From positions 32,001-96,000 of the forward strand of contig JALHMH010000012.1 of assembly GCA_022844165.1 (NCBI GenBank): 64,000 bases of DNA, read 5' to 3'. Below, piece after piece: positions 24,594-35,131 of this stretch (position 1 is the first letter of the stretch; every line of letters starts with the position of its first letter). The notes under the pieces were generated by a model. That model did no database searches. It had not been told where the DNA came from and saw only the letters and a list, made by a program, of their open reading frames with translations. The translations under genes were made by a program, and so were the position numbers. Source of the DNA: Lysobacterales bacterium (lineage in GTDB: Bacteria > Pseudomonadota > Gammaproteobacteria > Xanthomonadales > SZUA-5).

Positions 24594-26006
24594 TCACCTT
24601 GTCAGGAAAGCAATGAGCCGATCAGCGAAGTTGCGATACGGCGGCTTTAGCAAGGATAGCGACGACCATCGCGCTTGATAAAAAACGGGCTTTTGTTTGG
24701 AGAAGGTCAAAAAGCCATGGTGACCGTGGTAATGGCCGATCCCGGATGGCCCAACGCCGCCAAACGGCAGCGCTGATTGTGCGATGTGCAAAACACAGTC
24801 GTTGATGGTCACCCCGCCGGCGATGGTGCTGTCGAGTACACGTTTCGTACGTTCGCTATCGAGGTCGAAGTGATAGAGCGCCAGAGGTCGATCGTGGTCG
24901 TTGATATAGGCGATTGCTTCATCGAGCGAGCGATACGGCAAGATCGGCAAGATCGGTCCGAAGATTTCTTCGCTCATCAGTCTAGATTGTGCCGGCGGAT
25001 TCAATACCAGCGTCGGCGGGAAAATGCGGTTGGCCGGATCGAGCGCTTCGTTCGCCGGATTGATCTGGATGATCTGCGCGCCACCTGCTTGTGCTTCTTC
25101 GAGCAGTTGCTGCAATCTCAAGTAATGCCGGTCGGTCGCGATACTGGTGTAGTCCACGCTGGAACGTAGCGACGGATAGCGTTCGCTCAGTTCCTTTCGC
25201 AGTGCCTGCGTGAGCGCCGAAATCTGATCCGCCGGCGCGAGAATGTAGTCCGGCGCGATGCAGGTCTGCCCTGCGTTCAAGAACTTTCCCGCCGTGAGGC
25301 GCGCTGCGGCGGTGGTCATCGGGTAGTCCGGCGCGATGATCGCGGGCGATTTTCCGCCCAGTTCCAAAGTCACGGGGGTCAGGTTTTTTGCCGCCGCCTG
25401 CATCACGATGCGGCCAACGCTGGTTGAGCCGGTGAAGAACAAATGGTCGAAGGGCAGGGTGGAGAACTGCGCCGCCACATCCGGTCCACCCAACACCACG
25501 CAAACCTGGTCGCTGGGAAATACCTCCGCGAGCATCGCTTTGAGTAATTCCGATGTGCGCGGGGTCAATTCGGACGGCTTGAGCATCGCCCGATTGCCCG
25601 CTGCGATGGCCGCAACCAAGGGCATCAGTGCCAGATTCACCGGGTAGTTCCATGGCGAAATGATGCCGACCACGCCGACCGGCTGAAATCGAATCTCGGA
25701 GCGGCCCGGCAGGAACTGCCAGCTGGTCGAAACCCGCCTGGGTTTCATCCAGCGCTTCAAGTTCTTAAGCGTGTAATCGATGTCATGCAACACCGTCATC
25801 ACGTCGCTCAGCAGCGTCTCGTGGCGCGAGCGGCGCCCAAAATCAGCGCTGGTAGCAGCCACGATATCTTCAGCTCTGGATTTTACCGCTGCTCTCAGGC
25901 GCTTTAAGTCGGCGATACGATCGGCATAGCCCAGGGTACTGCGAGCTTGCGCGGCTTGCAGGCGTTTGAGTTCTATCAACAGTGAGTCGGGCGTCGAGCC
26001 GTCCAT
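24594..26006 (-). CDS. Coniferyl-aldehyde-dehydrogenase-like (ALDH3 family) aldehyde dehydrogenase
   Basis: SPWNYP, FTGST, LELGGKSP, NAGQTCIAPDY and EEIFGP motifs. Confidence 0.92.
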   Translation of the reverse strand: MDGSTPDSLLIELKRLQAAQARSTLGYADRIADLKRLRAAVKSRAEDIVAATSADFGRRSRHETLLSDVMTVLHDIDYTLKNLKRWMKPRRVSTSWQFLPGRSEIRFQPVGVVGIISPWNYPVNLALMPLVAAIAAGNRAMLKPSELTPRTSELLKAMLAEVFPSDQVCVVLGGPDVAAQFSTLPFDHLFFTGSTSVGRIVMQAAAKNLTPVTLELGGKSPAIIAPDYPMTTAAARLTAGKFLNAGQTCIAPDYILAPADQISALTQALRKELSERYPSLRSSVDYTSIATDRHYLRLQQLLEEAQAGGAQIIQINPANEALDPANRIFPPTLVLNPPAQSRLMSEEIFGPILPILPYRSLDEAIAYINDHDRPLALYHFDLDSERTKRVLDSTIAGGVTINDCVLHIAQSALPFGGVGPSGIGHYHGHHGFLTFSKQKPVFYQARWSSLSLLKPPYRNFADRLIAFLTR

Positions 26007-26103
26007 AACGATTGAGCCGTTAAAAGGTCCAACGCAAGTGTACGGCTTTTCAGTCGAGCCAGCTTGTCGCATGATCGGGGCTGGTCGGCACTGGAGCGTT
26101 TCG

Positions 26104-27186
26104 ATGAAAGCATGGTTGGTAGCGACTCTGACGTTGGTGGCACCGGTTGCAATCGCGCAAAAACAGGTGAATGTGTACAACTGGTCCGATTACATCACCG
26201 AAGATGCATTGCGCTCGTTTACTCAGGAGACCGGCATCAAGGTGGTTTACGACGTCTACGACAATAACGAGGTGCTTTCCGCCAAGTTGCTGGCGGGCAG
26301 AAGTGGATACGACCTGGTGTTTCCGTCGGCGCGGCCTTTCGCCGCCCGGCATGTCGCGAGTGGGTTGTATCTGCCGCTCGACAAATCCAAGTTGCCGAAC
26401 TGGAAAAATCTCTACCCGGATGTGCTCAAAGGCTTGGCTTCGATCGATCCGGGCAACGCGCATCTGATGCCGTACATGTGGGGTACGACCGGCATCGGCT
26501 ACAACGTCGACAAGGTCGCGCAAGTGATGGGCAAAGACTTCAAGGTCGATTCCTGGAAAGTGTTGTTTGATCCTGCAACAGCCAAGAAGTTGTCTTCCTG
26601 CGGAATTGCCCTGCTGGATGACGAAGTCGAAGGTCTGGGTGCTGCGCTGATCTACCTGGGCAAAGCGCCCAAGAGCGGTAATGTGGCGGATTTGACCGCG
26701 GTCACCAATTTGTACCAACCCATTCGGCCTTCGATTCGCTACTTCTCATCGAGCCGCTATATCGATGATCTGGCCAATGGCGACATTTGTATTGCCATGG
26801 GCTACTCGGGCGATGTCCTGCAGGCGCGCGATCGTGCGGCGGAGGCTGAAAACGGCGTCAACATCGCTTACGCGATACCCAAAGAAGGGGCGATCCGCTG
26901 GGTCGACAGCGCAGCCATTCCTAAAGACGCGAAAAACGTCGCCGAAGCGCACGCCTTTCTGGACTATCTGATGCGCCCGGCTGTGATCGCCAGCATTACC
27001 AATTACGTCACCTATGCAAACGGCAATCAGGCAGCAACGGCGAGCGTCGATCCCGATATTCGCAACGATCCGGGCATCTATCCGCCGCCGGCCGTCGCTG
27101 CAAAATTGATCGACGACACGCTTCCGAGCAACGCTGAGCAAAGGCCGCGCGTGCGTGCATGGACCAAAATCAAAACGGGGCGTTAG
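26104..27186 (+). CDS. potF: Putrescine/polyamine ABC transporter substrate-binding protein
   Basis: Signal peptide, VNVYNWSDYI, PYMWGTTGIGYN, GYSGD and IPKEG motifs. Confidence 0.9.
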   Translation: MKAWLVATLTLVAPVAIAQKQVNVYNWSDYITEDALRSFTQETGIKVVYDVYDNNEVLSAKLLAGRSGYDLVFPSARPFAARHVASGLYLPLDKSKLPNWKNLYPDVLKGLASIDPGNAHLMPYMWGTTGIGYNVDKVAQVMGKDFKVDSWKVLFDPATAKKLSSCGIALLDDEVEGLGAALIYLGKAPKSGNVADLTAVTNLYQPIRPSIRYFSSSRYIDDLANGDICIAMGYSGDVLQARDRAAEAENGVNIAYAIPKEGAIRWVDSAAIPKDAKNVAEAHAFLDYLMRPAVIASITNYVTYANGNQAATASVDPDIRNDPGIYPPPAVAAKLIDDTLPSNAEQRPRVRAWTKIKTGR

Positions 27187-27189
27187 GCT

Positions 27190-28332
27190 GTGGCACAGGC
27201 GTCGCGGCGGCCAGCCGCGCTGGAACCTTGGCAGGACGCCAACGCGCGGCCGTTTTTGCGCATCCAGAACATCACCAAGACCTTCGGCAATACCTATGCA
27301 GTGGACGATGTGTCGTGCGACGTTTACCAGGGAGAGTTCTTCTCGCTGTTGGGCGGATCCGGCTGTGGTAAGTCCACGCTATTGCGCATTCTGGCGGGCC
27401 TGGAAACCCCCAACAGTGGGCGCATTTTGATCGATGGCGTCGATGTGACCAACATGCCGCCCTACGAGCGGCCGGTGAATATGATGTTCCAGAGTTATGC
27501 GCTGTTTCCGCATATGACCGTGGAGCAGAACATCGCTTTCGGACTCAAACAGGATCGGATGCCGAAGGCGCAAGTGGCAGAGCGCGTCGATGCGATGTTG
27601 GAACTGGTCAAAATGCGCGAGCTCCGCGCGCGGCGGCCGGATCAACTATCCGGCGGCCAACGCCAGCGCGTCGCACTGGCCCGGTCGCTCGCTAAACAAC
27701 CCAAGCTCTTGCTACTGGACGAGCCCTTGGGAGCGCTCGACAAAAAGCTTCGCGAGCACACGCAGTTTGAACTGATGACGATTCAAGAGCGTGTCGGCAC
27801 AACGTTCATTACCGTCACGCACGATCAAGAAGAGGCGATGACCATGTCGACGCGTGTGGCGGTGATGGACGCCGGGCGCATTGTGCAAGTCAACACGCCG
27901 GCGAACCTGTATGAGTTTCCGGCAAACCGCTTCGTCGCCGAGTTCATTGGATCCGTCAACATCATCGAAGGGCGGGTGATCGAGCAGTTGGATGGCGAGG
28001 TTCGGATCCAGGCCGATGGCTTCGAAAACAGCTTCGTCATGGATCATCTCGATCCGTTGCCGCTCGGCACTTCAGTGGCCGTCGCCATTCGTCCGGAGAA
28101 GCTGAGTGTGCACGACGAGCGGCCTGTGGAGCGGCCGAACTGGGTGCAAGGCAAAGTCGTCGATATCGCTTATCTCGGGGACGTGTCGATTTACCACCTG
28201 TTGACACCACTGGGTCGCACCGTGCGCGTCCAGATCACCCACGAGCAACGCTACGAACGCCCGCATTATCGTTGGGAGGACGAGGTGTTCGTCAGCTGGG
28301 ATTCGGAGGATGGGGTGCTGTTGCTTGGGTAG
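27190..28332 (+). CDS. potG: Polyamine ABC transporter ATP-binding protein
   Basis: GGSGCGKST, MMFQSYALFPHM, LSGGQ and a TOBE C-terminus. Confidence 0.9.
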   Translation: MAQASRRPAALEPWQDANARPFLRIQNITKTFGNTYAVDDVSCDVYQGEFFSLLGGSGCGKSTLLRILAGLETPNSGRILIDGVDVTNMPPYERPVNMMFQSYALFPHMTVEQNIAFGLKQDRMPKAQVAERVDAMLELVKMRELRARRPDQLSGGQRQRVALARSLAKQPKLLLLDEPLGALDKKLREHTQFELMTIQERVGTTFITVTHDQEEAMTMSTRVAVMDAGRIVQVNTPANLYEFPANRFVAEFIGSVNIIEGRVIEQLDGEVRIQADGFENSFVMDHLDPLPLGTSVAVAIRPEKLSVHDERPVERPNWVQGKVVDIAYLGDVSIYHLLTPLGRTVRVQITHEQRYERPHYRWEDEVFVSWDSEDGVLLLG

Positions 28333-28412
28333 GCACGAGATCGCAACGTGGAGTGTCGATCGTAGCATTCAGTGATAGACGAGTTGATTGACACGGCGAG
28401 GGAGGTTGGCGC

Positions 28413-28802
28413 ATGACTTGGAAGCCACTGGATTACTTGGGACCCGATCCGCCACCCGATGTTTCGAGAGTCTTCGACCATCTAAATCGGCTCGGATTCT
28501 GTTTTCGGCGTGCACCAAGAGGCACCGGAAAGACGCTGCTCTTGCTATTCAATGGTCAGAAGCTTGCGTATTACAATCGGCGAATTCACTCCCGTGGGGC
28601 TTGTGTCGGATACCAAAAAGGAGCGGTGTTGCTGGCGAACAAAAAAGCCACACTGGAGGAGTTTCGTGCGAAGTTTTCGCCCGGCCACACCGACTTCAGT
28701 TTCGACCCCGGTACCGGCACGAATTCGCATCGAGCGTATCTTGAGATCAAGAGCCGCGAGTTGGCGCTAATTGTTCTGAAGTGCCACGCGGGGCTGAAAT
28801 AG
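28413..28802 (+). CDS. Hypothetical 129-aa protein inside the pot operon
   Basis: GGAGG RBS upstream of the ATG; fills the potG-potH gap; stop is 2 nt before the potH ATG. Confidence 0.6.
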   Translation: MTWKPLDYLGPDPPPDVSRVFDHLNRLGFCFRRAPRGTGKTLLLLFNGQKLAYYNRRIHSRGACVGYQKGAVLLANKKATLEEFRAKFSPGHTDFSFDPGTGTNSHRAYLEIKSRELALIVLKCHAGLK

Positions 28803-28804
28803 AC

Positions 28805-29797
28805 ATGCAACCCTTCTCCTGGGCCCAGCTCTGGTTCGATGTGTTCCGCCGCATGTTTGCGTGGCTCGGCAGCTGGCGGCGCGAAATTCATCATCAGCGC
28901 GGGCGTGCCATTGTTGTGGGCTTGCCGCTGTTTTGGTTGGGTCTGTTCTTTCTTGCGCCATTGCTGATCCTGCTCAAGATCAGCTTTGCTGAAGCGAGCT
29001 ACGAACAACCGCCGTTCACATCCTTGTTAAGCTGGGGCGAAGATCAAATTTTTTCGCTACGCTTTAACCTCGCCAATTACGCCACGCTGATTGCCGACTG
29101 TAGCGATCCGGCAACATCGTTGTACTGCTATGCCTATGTCAACTCGCTGAAAACCGCGGCGATTTCCACGCTGCTGGCATTGCTGGTGGGGTACCCGATT
29201 GCCTACGGTATTGCGAGGTCCAGTCCGAAATGGCGATTGCCGTTGCTGTTGCTTGTTGTATTGCCGTTTTGGACATCGTCGCTGCTTCGAACGTACGCCT
29301 GGATCGGCATCCTGAAAGGCAACGGATTGCTCAACAACACGCTCATGGCGTTGGGTTTGATCCAAGAGCCGCTGGAGATATTGCATACCGATATCGCGGT
29401 GTACATCGGCATTGTCTACGCCTACCTGCCGTTTATGGTGTTGCCGCTGGTCGCCAATCTGGTGAAGCTGGATCCGTTGTTGCTGGAGGCGGCGGCGGAT
29501 CTCGGCTGTCGGCCCATTGCGGCGTTTTTCCGGGTGACATTGCCGCTGTCGATGCCGGGTGTGATTGCCGGGTCGATGTTGGTCTTTATTCCTGCGGTTG
29601 GCGAGTTCGTGATTCCAGAACTACTGGGCGGCCCCGATTCGCTGATGATTGGCCGCGTGCTGTGGAGCGAGTTCTTCACGAACACCGATTGGCCGCTCGC
29701 TTCGGCAATCGCGGTGGCGCTGTTGATGTTGATTGTCGTGCCAACCTTGATCTTCGAATACGTACAGTCGAGAAATTCGCCTGAGGTGCGGCGATGA
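28805..29797 (+). CDS. potH: Polyamine ABC transporter permease
   Basis: LPFWTSSLLRTYAW, YLPFMVLP and LLEAAADLG EAA loop. Confidence 0.9.
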   Translation: MQPFSWAQLWFDVFRRMFAWLGSWRREIHHQRGRAIVVGLPLFWLGLFFLAPLLILLKISFAEASYEQPPFTSLLSWGEDQIFSLRFNLANYATLIADCSDPATSLYCYAYVNSLKTAAISTLLALLVGYPIAYGIARSSPKWRLPLLLLVVLPFWTSSLLRTYAWIGILKGNGLLNNTLMALGLIQEPLEILHTDIAVYIGIVYAYLPFMVLPLVANLVKLDPLLLEAAADLGCRPIAAFFRVTLPLSMPGVIAGSMLVFIPAVGEFVIPELLGGPDSLMIGRVLWSEFFTNTDWPLASAIAVALLMLIVVPTLIFEYVQSRNSPEVRR

Positions 29798-30600
29798 GAC
29801 AGCGCCCCTTCGCGTTGTACACGGCGATGGCTTTTGGCTACGCTTTTTTGTATTTGCCGATCCTCTCGTTGATTGTGTACAGCTTCAACGAATCGCGGCT
29901 GGTCACTGTGTGGGCTGGGTTCTCCACCCGGTGGTACGGCGAGTTGTTCCGGAACGAATCGCTGCTCGATGCAGCAATGAACAGTTTTGTCGTCGCCACC
30001 ACCGCTGCGACGTTCTCGGTCACGCTCGGAACGCTCGCTGGTTTGGCTTTGTCGCGATTAGGTCGGTTCCGCGGACGCACGATGCTGTCGATCATGACCA
30101 GCGCGCCCCTGGTCATGCCTGAGGTGATGCTCGGATTGTCTTCACTTCTTCTGTTTGTATCGATGCAGCAATTGATCGGTTGGCCCGACGGTCGCGGTAT
30201 CACCACGATCACCATCGCGCACGTGACCCTATGCACCAGCTATGTCACGATCATCGTGCAATCGCGCCTGGCGCAATTGGACGAAAGCCTGGAGGAAGCC
30301 GCCATGGATCTTGGAGCAAGGCCCTGGAAAGTGTTCTTTCTCGTCACATTGCCGGTGATCGCTCCGGCTCTGATCGCTGGTTGGTTGCTGGCGTTCACGT
30401 TGTCGCTCGATGATCTGGTGATCGCCAGTTTTGTGTCGGGTCCCGACTCAACAACGTTGCCGATCGAGGTGTATTCCAAGGTTCGACTCGGCTTGACGCC
30501 GGAAGTGAATGCGCTGGCAACGCTGATCATCGTCTTCGTGACGGCGGTGATCACACTCGTCGGATGGATTGTTCATCGCAGCAAGCCATCACGGACCTGA
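29794..30600 (+). CDS. potI: Polyamine ABC transporter permease
   Basis: YSFNESRLVTVW, LEEAAMDLGA and FTLSLDD motifs. Confidence 0.92.
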   Translation: MRQRPFALYTAMAFGYAFLYLPILSLIVYSFNESRLVTVWAGFSTRWYGELFRNESLLDAAMNSFVVATTAATFSVTLGTLAGLALSRLGRFRGRTMLSIMTSAPLVMPEVMLGLSSLLLFVSMQQLIGWPDGRGITTITIAHVTLCTSYVTIIVQSRLAQLDESLEEAAMDLGARPWKVFFLVTLPVIAPALIAGWLLAFTLSLDDLVIASFVSGPDSTTLPIEVYSKVRLGLTPEVNALATLIIVFVTAVITLVGWIVHRSKPSRT

Positions 30601-30602
30601 TC

Positions 30603-31910
30603 CTACAGTTCGATCGTCACTCGACAACCGGTTGCATCCAGGCGGTTCGAAAGCGCCAAGGTCCCGGCGTGATTTTCGATGATCTGGCGCGCCAGGACCA
30701 GGCCGACCCCACTGCCGCCCGGTTTGGTGGTAAAAAACGGGACGAACAGATTCTCGGTCTTTGCCAGGCCTTTGCCGTCGTCATCGATTTCGATGCGTAC
30801 GCCGCCAATGCGTTCCAGTAATCGTGCGCGCACGCCGCCACGCGTCTCCAGCGCGGCTTCAGCGGCATTTTTGATCAGGTTGATCAGCGCTTGTTCGATC
30901 TGATCTTGATCAAGCATCAGCGTCACATCCGGGCCGTCCTCTATGACAACAGGAAGGCGTTGTTCGAGGCGCGCAGCACGTTGCAGCAAAGCGCGAAGCG
31001 ATACCTTGCGCTTGGTCGGCGGCGGCAGGCGAGCAAGACGCGTGTAGCCGGCCATGAAGCGTGTTAACGAATCGGCGCGATCGCCGATGATCTGTAGCGC
31101 GCCCAGAACGTCTTCGCGCCAATCGTGCGGTAGCGGTTCGCGCGCAACGAGACCGGAGAGAGTTGAGGCCATTGAGCGAATCGGGGCCAGTGAATTGTTC
31201 AGCTCATGGCCGAGGACCCGAATCAACCGTTGCCAGGCACCACGTTCTTCCTCGCGCAGTGCGCGCGACAAGTCGGTGATCGCCAGCAGCTGATGCGGCC
31301 GACCACCTTCGCGGAAGGTTGTGCGACGTAGATCGAAGCTGCCAGCGCCGCCAGGAAATGTCGTCTTGAGCGTCGACGGGATTTCATCTGCGCAACAGTC
31401 TTCCAACCCAAGCTCGCTGGCGGTCAGTCCGAGCGCCGATTCCGCCCCTTGAGCCAGTAAACGCTCCCCGGCCGCGTTGATCAGTTTCAGTTGACGTTGG
31501 TCGTCGAACGCAAAGATCGCGATGTCCACATTGGACAGAACTTTGCTCAACAATGCGCCAGCCTCTTCGACCCGCAGCCGTTGCTCGCGCAATCTACTCG
31601 CCAATGCATTGACTTCCCAGAGCACTTCGCCCAGTGCATCCCCGCGTTTGGCCGACGTACTGCGCAAGCTGTAATCGCCGGCACGCAGTGCATCAAGCAG
31701 ATTGACCAACGTCAGCAATGGATGAACGATGCTTCGTCGCAGACGACTGGCGAGCCAGGCGGTTGCGACGACCAAAGTCGTTGCAGCGCCAAGGCGCCAG
31801 TGCACAGCGAAGGTTGTGTGCCAAATCAGCCATAGCGCGACAAGGATCGAGGGCAGGACCAGCAGCCCCATCCATAGCGCGATACGATGTTCATAGCGGA
31901 TCGATTTCAT
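30603..31910 (-). CDS. Sensor histidine kinase (2 TM, HAMP, PAS, HisKA, HATPase)
   Basis: H box LGHELNNSLAPI, INLIKNA, DDGKG and FFTTKPGGSGVGL motifs. Confidence 0.92.
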   Translation of the reverse strand: MKSIRYEHRIALWMGLLVLPSILVALWLIWHTTFAVHWRLGAATTLVVATAWLASRLRRSIVHPLLTLVNLLDALRAGDYSLRSTSAKRGDALGEVLWEVNALASRLREQRLRVEEAGALLSKVLSNVDIAIFAFDDQRQLKLINAAGERLLAQGAESALGLTASELGLEDCCADEIPSTLKTTFPGGAGSFDLRRTTFREGGRPHQLLAITDLSRALREEERGAWQRLIRVLGHELNNSLAPIRSMASTLSGLVAREPLPHDWREDVLGALQIIGDRADSLTRFMAGYTRLARLPPPTKRKVSLRALLQRAARLEQRLPVVIEDGPDVTLMLDQDQIEQALINLIKNAAEAALETRGGVRARLLERIGGVRIEIDDDGKGLAKTENLFVPFFTTKPGGSGVGLVLARQIIENHAGTLALSNRLDATGCRVTIEL

Positions 31911-32038
31911 CGCCGTCCGGTGTGCCGTTACCTAACCGCGTATACAGCGGATTCTCGGCGCAAAAGCGTATGCGTTGTAGATGCGCAGACCTGAGGCCGC
32001 AGGTCGCTTATCGGAATGGACGGTCCGGAAGCCAAGGA

Positions 32039-33427
32039 TCACGTGATCGCTTCGTCTGCCTCGCCCGGCGAACGAATGCCATATTTCTCCAAACGCCGAT
32101 ACAGCGCCGCGCGCGACAAACCGAGAATGTCGGAAGCACGTTGAACGTTGCCCTCGGCGCGAATCATCGCACGCCGAACCATCATTTCCTCGGCCGCGTC
32201 CAGTGTCATGTGATCGAGTTCGGTTTCGGTTGCTTGCGGTGCCGGGAAGCTGAAAGCCAGATCATCAATCTCGCCGCCGCGAGCCATCAGTACGGCTCGC
32301 TCCAAAACATGCGACAACTCCCGGACATTGCCGGGCCAGCCATAGCCAATCAGTGCGCGTTCGGCGCTGGGCGAGAGTTTCAGTGCGCTGCGCTGATAGC
32401 GCTCGGCGAAACGTGCCAACAGTCCACGCGCCAGTGGGAGTATGTCTTCCTTTCGCTCGCGCAGTGGTGGCAATCTGAGTTCGACGGTATTGAGCCGAAA
32501 CAACAAGTCCTTGCGAAAACGACCCTTGGCGACATCGTCGGCAAGGTCCGCGTTGGTTGCCGAAATCAGGCGTATGTTGGCTCGACTCGTTCGCGACGAA
32601 CCCAGGCGTTCGAACTCGCCGTCTTCAAGCACGCGCAGCAACTTCGGTTGTTGCGCAACGGGAATGTTGCCGACCTCGTCCAAAAAAAGTGTGCCGCCAT
32701 CGGCCAACTCAAAACGCCCGATACGATCCTGCTTGGCATCCGTGAATGCGCCGCGCACATGGCCGAACATCTCGCTCTCGAACACGGATTCTGCGATGCC
32801 GCCCATGTTGACCTTAATCAGTGCTTTGTCGGCTCGCCGCGAATTTTGGTGGAGCAGGTCAGCGATCAGTCCCTTGCCGGTGCCGTTTTCGCCCAGCACC
32901 AGGATGTTTGCGTCCGTTGGCCCAACACGGGCGATCATGTCCAATATCGGACGCATCGCGGCCGATTCCGCAACAAAATCCGCGCGCGTGCCTCGCAGGA
33001 TCTCCACTTCACGTTCCAGTTTTTGCGCACGCTTTCGGGTTGCGCCGAAGTTTGCCTGATTGCGCAGGATCGACAGCAGGCGCGCGTTGTCCCAGGGTTT
33101 CTCGACAAAGTCGTTGGCGCCCCGGCGCATCGCCTCCACTGCAATATCAATCGTTCCCCAGGCGGTCATCACAACAACTGGCAGTTCAGCGTCCAGCGCG
33201 CGGATCTGAGCGAGTAGTTCAAGGCCTTCCTGGCCGCTGGTTGTGTCGCGTGTGTAGTTCAAGTCCATGAGCACGACCGAAACCGATTTGGTGCGCACAA
33301 TTTCAAGGGCTGCTTCGGGGCTCATCGCCTGAAGCGACGCGATGCCCTCTGCCTTGAGCAGCAGACGCAATGCCTCCAAGACGTCACGCTGGTCGTCAGC
33401 AATGAGGATCGGTGCGTGTTCGGACAT
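32039..33427 (-). CDS. Sigma54-dependent NtrC-family response regulator
   Basis: REC domain, GENGTGK, GAFTDA, WPGNVREL and a Fis-type HTH. Confidence 0.93.
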   Translation of the reverse strand: MSEHAPILIADDQRDVLEALRLLLKAEGIASLQAMSPEAALEIVRTKSVSVVLMDLNYTRDTTSGQEGLELLAQIRALDAELPVVVMTAWGTIDIAVEAMRRGANDFVEKPWDNARLLSILRNQANFGATRKRAQKLEREVEILRGTRADFVAESAAMRPILDMIARVGPTDANILVLGENGTGKGLIADLLHQNSRRADKALIKVNMGGIAESVFESEMFGHVRGAFTDAKQDRIGRFELADGGTLFLDEVGNIPVAQQPKLLRVLEDGEFERLGSSRTSRANIRLISATNADLADDVAKGRFRKDLLFRLNTVELRLPPLRERKEDILPLARGLLARFAERYQRSALKLSPSAERALIGYGWPGNVRELSHVLERAVLMARGGEIDDLAFSFPAPQATETELDHMTLDAAEEMMVRRAMIRAEGNVQRASDILGLSRAALYRRLEKYGIRSPGEADEAIT

Positions 33428-33457
33428 GTCTGAAACTCTGACTGAAAATGGTGTAGC

Positions 33458-33473
33458 AGCAGTTTACGTGCCA
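33458..33473 (-). promoter_or_regulatory. Sigma54 (-24/-12) promoter
   Basis: Minus strand TGGCACGTAAACTGCT versus consensus TGGCACRNNNNTTGCW, about 30 nt upstream of the regulator ATG. Confidence 0.7.
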
Positions 33474-33624
33474 TCGACAGCATCGTCTTCGAAAGAAACT
33501 GCTGGACCTGGAAAATGACCACCGTTTAACCTTGCATTTGGGCAGATTCGACACTACATGCCATACTCGCGGGCTGCGCGCGTCGCTGCGCCGGAACTTA
33601 CACTCATTACCTTTAGGAACTCTC

Positions 33625-34104
33625 ATGGCTGACGAAAACACCAACGGCGCAAACGGGAATGGCACGGCGGATCAAGGTCCGCAGCTGCAGGTGCAGAAGA
33701 TCTACGTAAAAGATGCGTCGTTCGAAGCGCCGACGGCACCGCACATTTTTCAAGAGCAGGGCCAGCAGCGCATTGAGTTAAACCTCAATCAGAAGGCGCA
33801 GCAATTGGCGCCCAGCGTCTACGAAATTGTGCTGACGGTCACTGTGACCTGTAAGGTCGGCGAAAAGACGGCGTTCCTCGTGGAAGTTCAGCAGGCAGGC
33901 ATTTTTGGCCTCCAGGGGTTCGATCCGCAGCAGCTCGATCTGGTCATCGGCACGTATTGCCCGAACATCATCTTCCCCTATGCACGCCACGCAATATCGA
34001 GCCTGATCGAGCAGGGCGGATTCCCGCCGTTCCTGTTGCAACCGATCAACTTCGAGCAAATTTATGCCGAGCAGTTGCGTCGAAAGCAACAAGCAGCAGC
34101 CTGA
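33625..34104 (+). CDS. secB: Protein-export chaperone SecB
   Basis: QKIYVKDASFEAP, EVQQAGIF, CPNIIFPYAR and GGFPP motifs. Confidence 0.97.
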   Translation: MADENTNGANGNGTADQGPQLQVQKIYVKDASFEAPTAPHIFQEQGQQRIELNLNQKAQQLAPSVYEIVLTVTVTCKVGEKTAFLVEVQQAGIFGLQGFDPQQLDLVIGTYCPNIIFPYARHAISSLIEQGGFPPFLLQPINFEQIYAEQLRRKQQAAA

Positions 34105-34108
34105 TTGA

Positions 34109-35131
34109 GTGACGGCCGTGTCCACCATCGCCGTACTCGGCGCCGGATCATGGGGCACGGCACTTGCCAGTTTGTTGGCGAGAAATGGCGCGCAGGTGAA
34201 CTTGTGGGGCCGTCGCAGCGGCGGCCTCACGCAGCTAAAGAACGGTTGGCGCAACGAGCGCTACTTGCCAGGAATTGACCTGCCCAATTCGCTGCGTTAC
34301 GGCACCGATATCGGTGATGCTGTCTGTGCCGCGGATTGGGTTCTGGTGGTTGTGCCGAGCCATGCGTTTGCCGAAACACTGATGAACCTTCGCGACGTTG
34401 CCGGCGCACCCAATGGCCTGGCCTGGGCAAGTAAGGGGTTCGAGCCCGGCTCTGGCGATTTCCTGCATGAGGTCGCTGATCGTATCTTCGGCACTCAGTT
34501 GCCCAAGGCAGTCGTCACCGGGCCGAGTTTCGCCAAAGAAGTTGCACTTGGTATGCCGAGCGCGGTGACAGTCCACTCGGATGACGATGAATTTGCGAAA
34601 CAGGTCGCGACCTCGCTGCACGGGCCACAGTTTCGAGCCTATACCGGGAACGACATACGCGGCGCCGAGTTGGGCGGCGCGATGAAGAATGTGCTGGCTG
34701 TGGCCACTGGTATCGCCGATGGTATGGGTTTGGGTCTAAATGCTCGCGCCGGGCTGATCACCCGCGGTTTGAACGAAATGCTGCGACTCAACAAGCCTCT
34801 GGGTGGCCGTGCCGAGACGATCATCGGGCTCGCGGGACTCGGTGACCTGGTGTTGACCTGCACCGGCGATTTGTCGCGCAACCGGCGACTTGGGCTCGCG
34901 CTAGGTCGTGGTACGCCGTTGCCGCAGGCGATCGCCGAGATCGGCCAGGTGGTCGAGAGTGTGCAGACCGCGGATGAAGTCATGCGCCTGGCTGAGCGTT
35001 TTGGACTGGATTTGCCGATTGCCTCGCAAGTCCGTGCCGTGCTGCACGGCGATACGACGCCCGAGAACGGACTTCGCGCTCTGCTGGCGCGAGATCAGAA
35101 GCCAGAATATGGCTCGGAATTGGGATTTTGA
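34109..35131 (+). CDS. gpsA: NAD(P)H-dependent glycerol-3-phosphate dehydrogenase
   Basis: [25 protein letters not shown] and [16 protein letters not shown] motifs. Confidence 0.97.
   Translation: MTAVSTIAVLGAGSWGTALASLLARNGAQVNLWGRRSGGLTQLKNGWRNERYLPGIDLPNSLRYGTDIGDAVCAADWVLVVVPSHAFAETLMNLRDVAGAPNGLAWASKGFEPGSGDFLHEVADRIFGTQLPKAVVTGPSFAKEVALGMPSAVTVHSDDDEFAKQVATSLHGPQFRAYTGNDIRGAELGGAMKNVLAVATGIADGMGLGLNARAGLITRGLNEMLRLNKPLGGRAETIIGLAGLGDLVLTCTGDLSRNRRLGLALGRGTPLPQAIAEIGQVVESVQTADEVMRLAERFGLDLPIASQVRAVLHGDTTPENGLRALLARDQKPEYGSELGF

Noticed and set aside
31718-33217. Long antisense ORFs (also 13903-15102, 18697-19644, 35365-36477, 39586-40740)
   Set aside because: They are shadow frames opposite well-supported genes in GC-rich DNA and have no recognisable motifs.
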